Shown here: positions 29,779-39,000 of the stretch, piece by piece | How positions within the stretch are numbered: position 1 is the stretch's first letter | How the letters are laid out: every line of letters starts with the position of its first letter | Sequence record: SRR22947727_609 | Strand: one strand, 5' to 3' | DNA: 40,151 nucleotides | The notes under the pieces: model-generated | The model's database searches: none | What the model was told of the DNA's origin: nothing | Seen by the model: only the letters and a program-made list of their open reading frames with translations | Program-made: the position numbers and the translations under genes

Positions 29779-30933
29779 CTATAGGAACGACGCCACCACG
29801 CTGTCCAGAAACTGATAGCCTAACGGCGTCGCGCGGAGGGACCCGCTGTCCAAGTGCTCTATCCAACCTCGAGACTGAGCCTCCTCTGCTGCTTGCGTGA
29901 GCTGTTTCAAAGGCAGGCCGGTGCGTTGGGTAAAGTGATCGATGGGTGATCCCGATTTAAGCCGCAACGCATTCATCGCGTACTCCACCACCCGTTCTTG
30001 TTGGTTGATGGCCTTACCAGTTGGTGCGGGCATGGCGCCGTTTGCCATGAGCGCTAAATAATCGGCGGGGCGGCGAGTCCGTTGGGTCCGCACAATCTGC
30101 CCATCTTGCCGTGATATTTTGCCGTGAGCGCCGGCGCCGAGTCCGACATAATCGCCAAACCCCCAATAATTAAGGTTATGCCGGCTCTCATAACCGGGAC
30201 GACAAAAAGCGGACACTTCGTATTGGTGATAGTCCGCATGATGCAATAATTGCTCTCCGGTTGATTGAATCGAGTGGAGCGTTCTCTCGTCGGGCAGTAA
30301 CGGCTGCGAAGTCCAGAATCGGGTATTACGTTCGATGGTCAACTGATACCACGAGATATGACCGGCGCTCAGCGCGAGTGCTTCGGACAAATCAGCCGCT
30401 GCCGTTTCCGCCGTTTGCTCTGGTAAACCGTGCATCAGATCAATATTCCAATTGTTAAAGCCCGTTGTGCTCGCCAAGTGAAGCGCTTGACGGGCGTCAT
30501 CACCGGAATGAATGCGACCGAGTCTGCGTAACGCATCATCATTAAAACTCTGCACTCCGATACTGAGTCGGGTAACGCCTGCCTCAACATACGATTGGTA
30601 TCGACCTCGCTCAGCACTCCCAGGATTACTCTCTAAGGTGATCTCAGCGGCTGGGGCAAAAGGGATGCGCTTCGCCAGCTCTGACAGAAGACGCTGGATC
30701 CACTCTCCAGAGAATAAACTGGGTGTCCCGCCACCGATAAAAATCGATTCGACGATACGCCCCTCAATCCCCTGCAGCTGACTATCAAAGTCTTGCAGCA
30801 ATGCGGTGACATACGGGCCTTGCAGGTCAGGTGTAAACCCTTCGTGGCTATTAAAGTCGCAGTAGGGACACTTTTGCGTGCACCATGGCAGGTGAACGTA
30901 CAGAGACAGCGGGATGGCGCTCGGTGTGATCAA
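29779..30933 (-). CDS. hemW: Radical SAM heme chaperone HemW (YggW/HemN-like)
   Basis: YVHLPWCTQKCPYCDFNS, GGGTPS, HNLNYW, GAGAHG; follows rdgB. Confidence 0.93.
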   Translation of the reverse strand: MITPSAIPLSLYVHLPWCTQKCPYCDFNSHEGFTPDLQGPYVTALLQDFDSQLQGIEGRIVESIFIGGGTPSLFSGEWIQRLLSELAKRIPFAPAAEITLESNPGSAERGRYQSYVEAGVTRLSIGVQSFNDDALRRLGRIHSGDDARQALHLASTTGFNNWNIDLMHGLPEQTAETAAADLSEALALSAGHISWYQLTIERNTRFWTSQPLLPDERTLHSIQSTGEQLLHHADYHQYEVSAFCRPGYESRHNLNYWGFGDYVGLGAGAHGKISRQDGQIVRTQRTRRPADYLALMANGAMPAPTGKAINQQERVVEYAMNALRLKSGSPIDHFTQRTGLPLKQLTQAAEEAQSRGWIEHLDSGSLRATPLGYQFLDSVVASFL

Positions 30934-31526
30934 TCGTCTGCTAGCGCGAGCAGAGTGCTAATGGCTTTGGCACGATGACTGATCCGGTTTTTTTCATCGG
31001 GTGTCATCTCAGCGGCGTGCAGAGAACCTCCTTCGGGGATGAAGATGGGGTCGTAGCCGAAGCCGCCTTCGCCTCGCGGCACGTTGGCGATACGTCCTTG
31101 CCAGCGGCCTTCTGCTATGAGCGGGGTGGGATCTTGCGCATCACGCAGGAGCACTAGCACTGCGATATAAAACGCGTGCCGATTGGCGCCCTGTAACCCC
31201 GCCATATTGTTGAGCAGTAAGGTGTTGTTGTCTTCATAACCGGAGCCTGAATAGCGCGCAGATCGAAGACCTGGCGCGCCACCAAGTGCTGGCACAACCA
31301 GTCCCGAGTCGTCGGCTAATGCCGCGTGACCCGTCTGTAAGCAGGCATGTCTTGCCTTAATGAGTGCATTTTCGACAAAGGTGCTGCCGGTTTCTTCTGC
31401 TTCCGTCACGGCAAAATCTGCCTGTGGCTGCACCCGCCAGTGGGCCCCGAGTACCTGCTGGAATTCTTTAATTTTGCCCGTGTTATGGCTGGCAATAATC
31501 AGTAGGGGAGAGGTTTTAGCGACCAT
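30930..31526 (-). CDS. rdgB: dITP/XTP pyrophosphatase
   Basis: ASHNTGKIKE, ENALIKA, ADDSGL, GFGYDPIF, KNRISHR. Confidence 0.96.
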   Translation of the reverse strand: MVAKTSPLLIIASHNTGKIKEFQQVLGAHWRVQPQADFAVTEAEETGSTFVENALIKARHACLQTGHAALADDSGLVVPALGGAPGLRSARYSGSGYEDNNTLLLNNMAGLQGANRHAFYIAVLVLLRDAQDPTPLIAEGRWQGRIANVPRGEGGFGYDPIFIPEGGSLHAAEMTPDEKNRISHRAKAISTLLALADD

Positions 31527-31529
31527 GAA

Positions 31530-32009
31530 TCACTTCTGGCGCCACAGCTGCACTTTCATCGTGTGCTCATAAGTTGTGTCGGCGCCCTCGGGCTGAAACT
31601 CAAATTCAAAGAACCGATATTCGCGGTCCAAGAATTCAAACGGCACGATGTAATACGTTGCACGACCCTCGCGAATTTCTTTGACGCGCAGTTCTCCGCC
31701 AGTGATCAAATCCCAGGTCCTGCCCTCAATCGTCATGGGTCTGCCCGCAATCTCGCCCGACGTGGTGTCGCGCACAGACAGCGTCAGAATGGCCTTGTCC
31801 GCGCCACGGGCGATCCCGTATTCCGCAGCAATATCGGGGGTGAGGAATGTCGTGTAGACAATACTGTGATGTAACTCGAAGGGACCATATTGTGTGGACT
31901 GCTGAGCACTACCCGCTAGCGGGACGACACTCAGCACACAGGCAAGGATCAGTGCGCTGAGCGACGTATTCGGTAGACGGCACTGCTGGCAAACAGGTTG
32001 GGCCAACAT
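31530..32009 (-). CDS. DUF4426-like exported protein (start uncertain)
   Basis: Signal-like [40 protein letters not shown]; position between metW and rdgB. Confidence 0.8.
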   Translation of the reverse strand: MLAQPVCQQCRLPNTSLSALILACVLSVVPLAGSAQQSTQYGPFELHHSIVYTTFLTPDIAAEYGIARGADKAILTLSVRDTTSGEIAGRPMTIEGRTWDLITGGELRVKEIREGRATYYIVPFEFLDREYRFFEFEFQPEGADTTYEHTMKVQLWRQK

Positions 32010-32548
32010 TTCCCAAGCCATTTTTGTGCGGTGCCAGCAACCGTTGCCCGCTCTACAATATCGATGCGCAAATCTGAACACAGTGCTTCAAAATCCTTGA
32101 CCGTACAAAAATGAATGTTAGGGGTGTCATACCAACTCAGAGGCATCGCCTTAGAGACAGGCATATGACCTTTTAATCCGAGATGTGTCCGACAGCTCCA
32201 GTGCCCAAAATTAGGAAAAGAGACGATCGCTTCTTCCCCAATATCTACCATACGCTCTAAGGCGAGGTGCGGATGCGTCAGCTCTTGTAAGGCATGGGTG
32301 AGTATCACCACATTAAACCGCGAGAGGGTAAAGCAGTTCAGGCCTTCGTTGATGTCTTCTTGAATGACGTCGAGACCTTTGCTCACCGCCAAAACAAGGT
32401 TGTCAGGATCAATATCGACCCCGACGCCTACTGCCCCTCGTTCTTCGCAAAGACGCTTTAAAAACGCGCCATCACCGCAACCAAGATCCAGTACTTTGCT
32501 GCCCAGTGGGACCCACCCTAACACCGTATTCAGATCGAGACGATTCAT
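31949..32548 (-). CDS. metW: Methionine biosynthesis protein MetW
   Basis: [34 protein letters not shown] overlap with metX stop. Confidence 0.94.
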   Translation of the reverse strand: MNRLDLNTVLGWVPLGSKVLDLGCGDGAFLKRLCEERGAVGVGVDIDPDNLVLAVSKGLDVIQEDINEGLNCFTLSRFNVVILTHALQELTHPHLALERMVDIGEEAIVSFPNFGHWSCRTHLGLKGHMPVSKAMPLSWYDTPNIHFCTVKDFEALCSDLRIDIVERATVAGTAQKWLGKCWPNLFASSAVYRIRRSAH

Positions 32549-33690
32549 GCTGGACCGACCCGCCGCATCCACTGTGTTAACAATGCCTCATATGTCTCGT
32601 TGGGCAGCAGGAAACCGTCGTGGCCGTTGTCTGTTTCAATGTTGGCGTAGGTCACCGGTTTCTCGGCAGCCATCAGCGCATCGCGGATTTCAATGGAGCG
32701 GTGCGGGGGAAAGCGCCAGTCTGAACTGAAAGACAACACCAGAAAGTCAGCGTGTGCTTTGTCGAGGGCGGCGGTGAGGTCACCGTGATCACCAACGGCT
32801 AAGTCAAACAGATCCAGCGCTCGTGTCATCAACACATAGGTATTAGCGTCAAATTGAGCCGAAAAGCGTGTGCCTTGGTGTCGTAAATAGCTCTCTACTT
32901 GGAACACCCACTCGCTCTCCGCTTCAGGCGTAAAACTGCCTTCTCTGAGCTCTCGGCCAAAGCGGTCGCTCATACCATCGGCAGACATGTAGGTGAGATG
33001 ACCCACCATGCGGGCAAGCGCCACGCCGCGCGTCGGGATTGTGTCGTGGCTCAGGTAGTCGCCTTCGTACCAATCCGGGTCCGATAAAATGGCATGTCGG
33101 GCAATTTCATTAAAGGCAATATTCTGAGCGGTGAGCTTGGGCGCTGCGGCAAGTGCCACACAATGCTCAACCCATTCTGGATAATCGATGGCCCACTGCA
33201 GGGCCTGCATGCCACCGAGGCTACCACCGATGACCGCTGCCCAGCGCGATATTCCCAAGTGTTCTGCGAGCAGCTTTTGACTGCGAACCCAGTCTTGTAC
33301 CTGTGGCTGGGGAAACTGGGCGCCCCATGGTTTGCCTGTTTCGGGGTTCACTGTATTGGGCCCCGTAGAGCCGTCACAACCGCCTAAATTGTTTGAGCAC
33401 ACGACGAATAATCGTCGTGTATCGATGGGTTTGCCTGGACCAATGGCGAGATCCCACCATCCGGGACGCTGATCGCTGTCAGCATAAAAGCCCGCCGCGT
33501 GATGCGTACCAGACAGCGCATGACAAATGAGCACCGCATTATCACCCGCCGCATTAAGCTCGCCATAGGTCTCGTAGACTAGCTCGTGCTCAGCCAGTAC
33601 AGCGCCGTTCGCTAACTGAAAAGCGGTCCCGAAACGCGCACGGCAGGGACTGACGAGTCCGACACCGTTGTGCGCTCCGCTAGCCGGCAT
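32545..33690 (-). CDS. metX: Homoserine O-acyltransferase MetX (acetyl or succinyl donor not resolved)
   Basis: [39 protein letters not shown]. Confidence 0.95.
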   Translation of the reverse strand: MPASGAHNGVGLVSPCRARFGTAFQLANGAVLAEHELVYETYGELNAAGDNAVLICHALSGTHHAAGFYADSDQRPGWWDLAIGPGKPIDTRRLFVVCSNNLGGCDGSTGPNTVNPETGKPWGAQFPQPQVQDWVRSQKLLAEHLGISRWAAVIGGSLGGMQALQWAIDYPEWVEHCVALAAAPKLTAQNIAFNEIARHAILSDPDWYEGDYLSHDTIPTRGVALARMVGHLTYMSADGMSDRFGRELREGSFTPEAESEWVFQVESYLRHQGTRFSAQFDANTYVLMTRALDLFDLAVGDHGDLTAALDKAHADFLVLSFSSDWRFPPHRSIEIRDALMAAEKPVTYANIETDNGHDGFLLPNETYEALLTQWMRRVGPA

Positions 33691-33693
33691 GGT

Positions 33694-34287
33694 TCACAGT
33701 CCAACGACCAAGTTAGGGGGAAGTGACAGCGCGACTGCCGCGTGTCGTAAACCGATTTGCACGATGTTGATGGTGACGAAGAGCAAAATCGGTGAAAAGT
33801 CGATGCCGCCCATATTGGGCAGCAACGCGCGAAACGGGGACATAATGGGTTCGGCAATTTGCCTAATGAGCTCGATAGCAGGATGCTGGCTACCGGCGGC
33901 TACCCAACTGATGATGATCATGGCAATGAGCACAAAAAAGGTCAGATTAGTGACCAATCCGAGTACACCAATGATGCCCCAGCCGACTAACGTCAGGGGG
34001 TTGGGCAAACTCCACCGCTCTCCGACTAGCCAGGCGATGCCCAGCAAAATGATAATCTGGATCAGGACCGCCATCACCAAGACAGCCCAATCAATGCGTC
34101 CCTTTGCCGGGAGCACGCCACGCAGCGGTGCGAGTAAGGGGTTAGTGATTTTGACAATGAGCTGGGAAATCGGATTATAAAAATTGGCTCGCGATGCATG
34201 CAACATACCGCGCAACGCGATCAGCGTCAGTAACAAGGTTCCCAGATTCTGGATGAGATAAAGCGCTATTTCTGTTCCTGCGGTCAT
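33694..34287 (-). CDS. yggT: YggT family membrane protein
   Basis: ANFYNPISQ, TNPLLAPLR, EPIMSPFR, GGIDFSP; start reassigned to ATG 34287. Confidence 0.92.
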   Translation of the reverse strand: MTAGTEIALYLIQNLGTLLLTLIALRGMLHASRANFYNPISQLIVKITNPLLAPLRGVLPAKGRIDWAVLVMAVLIQIIILLGIAWLVGERWSLPNPLTLVGWGIIGVLGLVTNLTFFVLIAMIIISWVAAGSQHPAIELIRQIAEPIMSPFRALLPNMGGIDFSPILLFVTINIVQIGLRHAAVALSLPPNLVVGL

Positions 34288-34288
34288 A

Positions 34289-35104
34289 TCAGCCAAACTC
34301 CTCACCTAGCGTTCTTGCTCGTTCAGCACAAGCTTGAACGGCGTGGGCGATTATCTCGTCGAATTGGTGGGACTGTAAGGCTAATAGTGCCTGTTCTGTC
34401 GTGCCGCCCGGGCTCGTGACATTTTCCCGCAGCGTTGAGATAGGCAGTTCAGAGCGCTCGGCGAGCTCCGCCGCACCGATAGCGGTTTGCAGCGTTAAAG
34501 CTACTGCGGTTTTCTGATCTAGCCCCAGATCCATACCGGCAGCAACAATGGCCTCTATGAGCGCAAAGAAGTAGGCAGGGCCACTGCCCGATACGGCGGT
34601 GACGGCATCGAGCAGTGCCTCCGAGGGCACCCACGCGGTCATACCCACCGCGTTAGTCACTTGTTCAGCCAACGCGCGATGTGTGTCGTTGGCTTGTGCT
34701 GTTGCGAAGAGGCCACTAGCCCCTTTACCTATCATGGCGGGCGTATTGGGCATGCAACGAATGACCGGAACGCTGGGATCGACAGCCGCCTGTAGGGAGG
34801 CAATTGGAATGCCCGCCGCAATCGACAAAATGGCGGTATTGGCTCCAATCTGGTCTCGCACCGCCGCTAAGGCGTCTGCTGCGACTTGTGGTTTGACCGC
34901 GACGACCACCAGATCAGCACCGATAAAAATGTGCTGAGGCGAGGTGTCGAGCTGAGACAATCCGAGAGATCGGAGTCGTGATAACGCGGCCTCGCTCGGG
35001 TCGCTAGCGCGTAACTGTGATGGCTCGAAGCCATTGGCCAGTAGGCCATTGATCATGGCGCTGGCCATATTGCCGGCGCCTAGGAATGCTATTTGAGGCG
35101 ACAT
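34289..35104 (-). CDS. proC: Pyrroline-5-carboxylate reductase
   Basis: FLGAGNMA, AVKPQ, RCMPNTP, AVSGSGPAYFF, VTSPGGTT. Confidence 0.97.
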   Translation of the reverse strand: MSPQIAFLGAGNMASAMINGLLANGFEPSQLRASDPSEAALSRLRSLGLSQLDTSPQHIFIGADLVVVAVKPQVAADALAAVRDQIGANTAILSIAAGIPIASLQAAVDPSVPVIRCMPNTPAMIGKGASGLFATAQANDTHRALAEQVTNAVGMTAWVPSEALLDAVTAVSGSGPAYFFALIEAIVAAGMDLGLDQKTAVALTLQTAIGAAELAERSELPISTLRENVTSPGGTTEQALLALQSHQFDEIIAHAVQACAERARTLGEEFG

Positions 35105-35133
35105 AGGGTGAGGAGTATCCGTGAAGAACGAGT

Positions 35134-35826
35134 TTAATTATACCGCGCGCCAAAAATATCTGTGCCGACTCTGACTAAATCCGATCCTTCGGCAATAGCG
35201 GCCTCCAAATCGCTGGACATTCCCATCGACAATATCGTCAATTTTGGATTGTGGCCGATAAGACTTTGTTGAATGGCGCGCAACTGACGAAAAGGCACTC
35301 GCTGGGCGGCGGGTTCGGCACTGGGTGCGGGAATTGTCATCAGACCCCCTAGTTGCAGATTGGGGAGCGCTTCCACCGCATCAATAAGCGCTTTGAGTCC
35401 ATCAGGTTGTACCCCCGATTTACTCGCTTCATCGGATGTTTTGACTTGCAGGAGCACCTTCAGCGGACCCTTGCCAGGGGGGCGCTGATCGTTGAGACGT
35501 TGCGCTATCTTGAGCCGGTCTAGGCTATGCACCCAGTCACTGAACTCTGCAATCAGACCCGTTTTATTGCTCTGAATGGGCCCAATGAAGTGCCATTTCA
35601 AGCCTAAGTCAGAGAGCTGAGCGGCTTTTTCGGCCATTTCTTGGGCGTAGTTCTCCCCAAAATCTGTCAGGCCCGCTTGGTGCGCCCAACGGATGAGCTC
35701 AGATGTTTTCTTTTTGCTGACAGCCAATAACGACACTGCCCCGACCGCCCGGTCTGCAGCGCATTCTGCCGCACGAATACGCCGGTTGATTTCTGATATA
35801 TTGTGACGCAAGTCTGTCGGTGTCAT
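35134..35826 (-). CDS. yggS: PLP homeostasis protein YggS
   Basis: LLAVSK, FGENYAQE, WHFIGPIQSNK, GLMTIP, LSMGMSSD, VRVGTDIFG; start assigned to ATG 35826. Confidence 0.95.
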   Translation of the reverse strand: MTPTDLRHNISEINRRIRAAECAADRAVGAVSLLAVSKKKTSELIRWAHQAGLTDFGENYAQEMAEKAAQLSDLGLKWHFIGPIQSNKTGLIAEFSDWVHSLDRLKIAQRLNDQRPPGKGPLKVLLQVKTSDEASKSGVQPDGLKALIDAVEALPNLQLGGLMTIPAPSAEPAAQRVPFRQLRAIQQSLIGHNPKLTILSMGMSSDLEAAIAEGSDLVRVGTDIFGARYN

Positions 35827-35887
35827 GCCAGCATCATAAGGAAATTGATGCGCCATGTGTTAGTCCGACGCGATAGGAGACTATGAT

Positions 35888-36928
35888 ATGGATATCACAG
35901 AGTTACTGGCTTTTGGCGTTCAACAAGGTGCCTCGGATCTGCATCTTTCAGCAGGGCTTCCGCCCATGATTCGCGTAGATGGTGATATCAGGCGGGTCAA
36001 CTTACCGCCTCAAACCCCGACCGAAGTCCAAGCCTTAATTTACGACATCATGAATGATCGTCAGCGGAACGAGTTTGAGGAGCGTCTGGAAACGGATTTT
36101 TCTTTTGAGCTACCCGATGTCGCGCGCTTTCGCGTCAATGCCTTTGTTCAAAATCGCGGTGCCGGCGCGGTGTTTCGCACGATCCCGTCAGAGGTTTTGA
36201 CGATGGAGATGCTTGGGATGGGCCAGACTTTTCGAGACATCTCAATGCTGCCAAGAGGCTTAGTGTTAGTGACAGGCCCGACCGGCTCCGGAAAATCCAC
36301 CACGCTGGCCGCCATGATCGACTATGTCAATGCAAACCGTTACGACCATATTCTTACCATTGAAGATCCGATTGAATTTGTTCACGAAAGCAAGCGGTGC
36401 TTGATTAATCAGCGAGAGGTTCATCGTGATACGTTGGGATTTTCTGAAGCACTGCGTTCAGCGCTGCGTGAAGACCCTGACATTATTTTAGTGGGCGAAC
36501 TGCGAGATCTAGAAACGATCCGGTTGGCGCTGACAGCCGCTGAGACCGGTCATTTGGTCTTTGGCACACTCCATACCACTTCAGCGGCAAAGACGATTGA
36601 TCGCATCGTCGATGTCTTCCCCGGAGAAGAAAAAGCGATGGTGCGTTCGATGTTGTCAGAATCTCTACAAGCGGTGATTTCTCAAACCTTGCTGAAGCGC
36701 AGTCAAGGCGGGCGTATTGCGGCACACGAGATCATGCGCGGTACTGCGGCGATCCGAAATCTGATCCGCGAAGATAAAGTAGCTCAAATGTATTCGGCCA
36801 TTCAAACGGGGCAATCCACTGGCATGCAAACGATGGATCAATGTTTGCAAGCGTTGGTTCAAAAGAGACTGATTACTGCCGAGATAGCGCGCGAAAAGGC
36901 GCGTCAGCCAGAGGGTATTAGTGGCTGA
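35888..36928 (+). CDS. pilT: Type IV pilus retraction ATPase PilT
   Basis: MDITELLAF, GPTGSGKSTT, TIEDPIE, ALREDPD, AIRNLIRE. Confidence 0.97.
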   Translation: MDITELLAFGVQQGASDLHLSAGLPPMIRVDGDIRRVNLPPQTPTEVQALIYDIMNDRQRNEFEERLETDFSFELPDVARFRVNAFVQNRGAGAVFRTIPSEVLTMEMLGMGQTFRDISMLPRGLVLVTGPTGSGKSTTLAAMIDYVNANRYDHILTIEDPIEFVHESKRCLINQREVHRDTLGFSEALRSALREDPDIILVGELRDLETIRLALTAAETGHLVFGTLHTTSAAKTIDRIVDVFPGEEKAMVRSMLSESLQAVISQTLLKRSQGGRIAAHEIMRGTAAIRNLIREDKVAQMYSAIQTGQSTGMQTMDQCLQALVQKRLITAEIAREKARQPEGISG

Positions 36929-37341
36929 TCATTGAGCCAAGTGGTGAGGATGATGGCCGCCGCTTTGTCGTCGATCGGATCGGTGACGAAATTACCGCGA
37001 TGTCCTGCCGCGAATGCGTCAGCCTTTGCTTCTCTGCTGGATAACCTCTCGTCCACTAATACAACGGGCAATCTTAGGCGGCCTTCAAGTTGCCGGGAGA
37101 ACTTAGTCGCTCGCCGACTTAGCTCACTTTCTGAGCCGTCCATGTTAATAGGCAAGCCAACAAGTAGGCGGTTTGGTCGCCACTCTTCGGAGAGTGCGAT
37201 GATCGATGGCCAGTGTGGCACGCCCTCTTTTGCCGACACTACCGTGAGTGGCTCAGCGGTTCGCGATAGCGTATTTCCGACTGCCACGCCCATATTCCGC
37301 AGCCCAAAATCGATCGCCATGATCGTTTCGTACTTTGGCAT
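36904..37341 (-). CDS. yqgF: YqgF/RuvX family pre-16S rRNA nuclease
   Basis: AIDFG, GVAVG, VGLPINMDG, VDERLSS, IDDKAAAIIL. Confidence 0.94.
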   Translation of the reverse strand: MPKYETIMAIDFGLRNMGVAVGNTLSRTAEPLTVVSAKEGVPHWPSIIALSEEWRPNRLLVGLPINMDGSESELSRRATKFSRQLEGRLRLPVVLVDERLSSREAKADAFAAGHRGNFVTDPIDDKAAAIILTTWLNDQPLIPSG

Positions 37342-37343
37342 CG

Positions 37344-37892
37344 TTAAGCGTGTCCTGCGCTGGCGGTGAGTAGATCGATATCAATTCCTAGCTTGTGCCC
37401 GGCTGCTGCCAGTTTTTTTGACGTGTCTAAATGAAACAGCGTACGCCGATCTGCCTCAACGGTTAACCAGCTATTATCCGCTATTTCTGCTTCGAGCTGT
37501 CCTGGCGCCCACCCTGCGTAGCCCAAAGCCACGAGAAATTCCTGTGGTCCCTCGCCCATTGCCAGCGCACATAGCATATCGCGCGACGTTGTCAGACTGA
37601 TGTCGTGGCAAACGGCCCGACTCCCTTGCCACTCGCCTGCGGCACTGTGCAAAACGAACCCATGGTCGCTCCTGATCGGGCCCCCTGCCAAAATACGGTG
37701 ATTGGGGGTCTTGGGCGCTGCCGGTATGGTGAGGTGTTGCAGCATCTCGATGAAGGTGAGATCGAGTCTCTGATTCACGACGATGCCCATTGCGCCGCGC
37801 TCATCATGACGGCATAGGTAGGTGAGCGATCGATTAAAAAAACCGCGGTGGATGGCCGGTGTGGCGATTAAGAAGTGACCACGCAGCGTCAT
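37344..37892 (-). CDS. YqgE/AlgH family protein
   Basis: HFLIATP, GAMGIVVN, GGP, GFVLH, LGYAGW, GQLEAEI, NSWL, AGHA; start uncertain, ATG 37892 chosen. Confidence 0.93.
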   Translation of the reverse strand: MTLRGHFLIATPAIHRGFFNRSLTYLCRHDERGAMGIVVNQRLDLTFIEMLQHLTIPAAPKTPNHRILAGGPIRSDHGFVLHSAAGEWQGSRAVCHDISLTTSRDMLCALAMGEGPQEFLVALGYAGWAPGQLEAEIADNSWLTVEADRRTLFHLDTSKKLAAAGHKLGIDIDLLTASAGHA

Positions 37893-37929
37893 AAGGGCGG
37901 CTGGCCTATCAACGGTGGGGGCAGCTCGT

Positions 37930-38892
37930 TCAGGTTGCAGATCCTTTGGCAACATGAGCCTGAACAACATCGAGTAGTTGGCCTGCAATATCAAGTCCTG
38001 ACTCGGCCTCTATTTCTCTGAGACAAGTTGGGCTGGTGACATTGATTTCAGTGAGGTAGTCGCCAATTACATCGAGCCCCACAAAAAAAAGTCCCCGGGC
38101 TTTAAGAGCAGGCCCCACTTGTTCTGCTATCCATCGATCATGATCCGATAGCGGTTGCACTCGTCCGGAGCCGCCTGCTGCTAAGTTGCCGCGACTCTCT
38201 CCCGCCAGTGGCACACGGGCAAGGCAGAAAGGGACGGGCTCTCCGTTGATCATTAAGATCCGTTTATCGCCGTCACTGATAGCGGGCAAATAGCGTTGTG
38301 CCATGATCGTTTGCGCGCCTGAGAGGGTCAGCGTTTCCAAGATGACACTGAGATTGGGATCCTCCTTGCGGGCCCGAAAAATAGCGCTACCCCCCATGCC
38401 ATCCAGCGGTTTAAAAATGACATCGTCGTGCTCTGCATGGAAGGCGCGAAGTGTGGACATATCTCGACTGACCAGTAGCGGTGGGCAGCAGTCTGGAAAC
38501 TCGGTAGCAAATAACTTTTCATTACAATCTCTTAGGCTCTGGCAACGATTGACGATCAGGGTGCCTTTTCTTTCTGCTCGCTCGAGCAAATAAGTGGCGT
38601 AGATATATTCAAGATCAAACGGGGGGTCTTTTCGCATTAGGCAAATATCGAGCTCACTGAGCGAGATGTCTTGGGGCTCTTCCAGTTCATACCAACGCGA
38701 AGCGTCCCGATAGACACTTAGGGATTGCGCGCGAGCCATCGGTTCGTCTCCGCTGAGGTAGAGGCCGTCAGGTTCAATATAAAATAATGACCACCCTCGA
38801 TCCTGTGCAGCCCAAAGCAGTCCTAAAGTGGTATCTTTTTTAAAGTTGATAGAACTGATGGGGTCCATGACGACGCCGAGGTTGAGACTCAT
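37930..38892 (-). CDS. gshB: Glutathione synthetase
   Basis: VMDPI, KKDTT, MRKDPPFD, NEKL, KPLDGMGG, RGNLAAGG, TEINVTSPT. Confidence 0.97.
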   Translation of the reverse strand: MSLNLGVVMDPISSINFKKDTTLGLLWAAQDRGWSLFYIEPDGLYLSGDEPMARAQSLSVYRDASRWYELEEPQDISLSELDICLMRKDPPFDLEYIYATYLLERAERKGTLIVNRCQSLRDCNEKLFATEFPDCCPPLLVSRDMSTLRAFHAEHDDVIFKPLDGMGGSAIFRARKEDPNLSVILETLTLSGAQTIMAQRYLPAISDGDKRILMINGEPVPFCLARVPLAGESRGNLAAGGSGRVQPLSDHDRWIAEQVGPALKARGLFFVGLDVIGDYLTEINVTSPTCLREIEAESGLDIAGQLLDVVQAHVAKGSAT

Positions 38893-39000
38893 TTCAGGAT
38901 CCTTTTAGGGCGAGTGCCACTATCTTGCGATTCGCAGTGAATCCCCGCAAGCTCCCCGGACAGCGAAGACCGAGAATTTTTGATAGGGGTTTAATGCATT

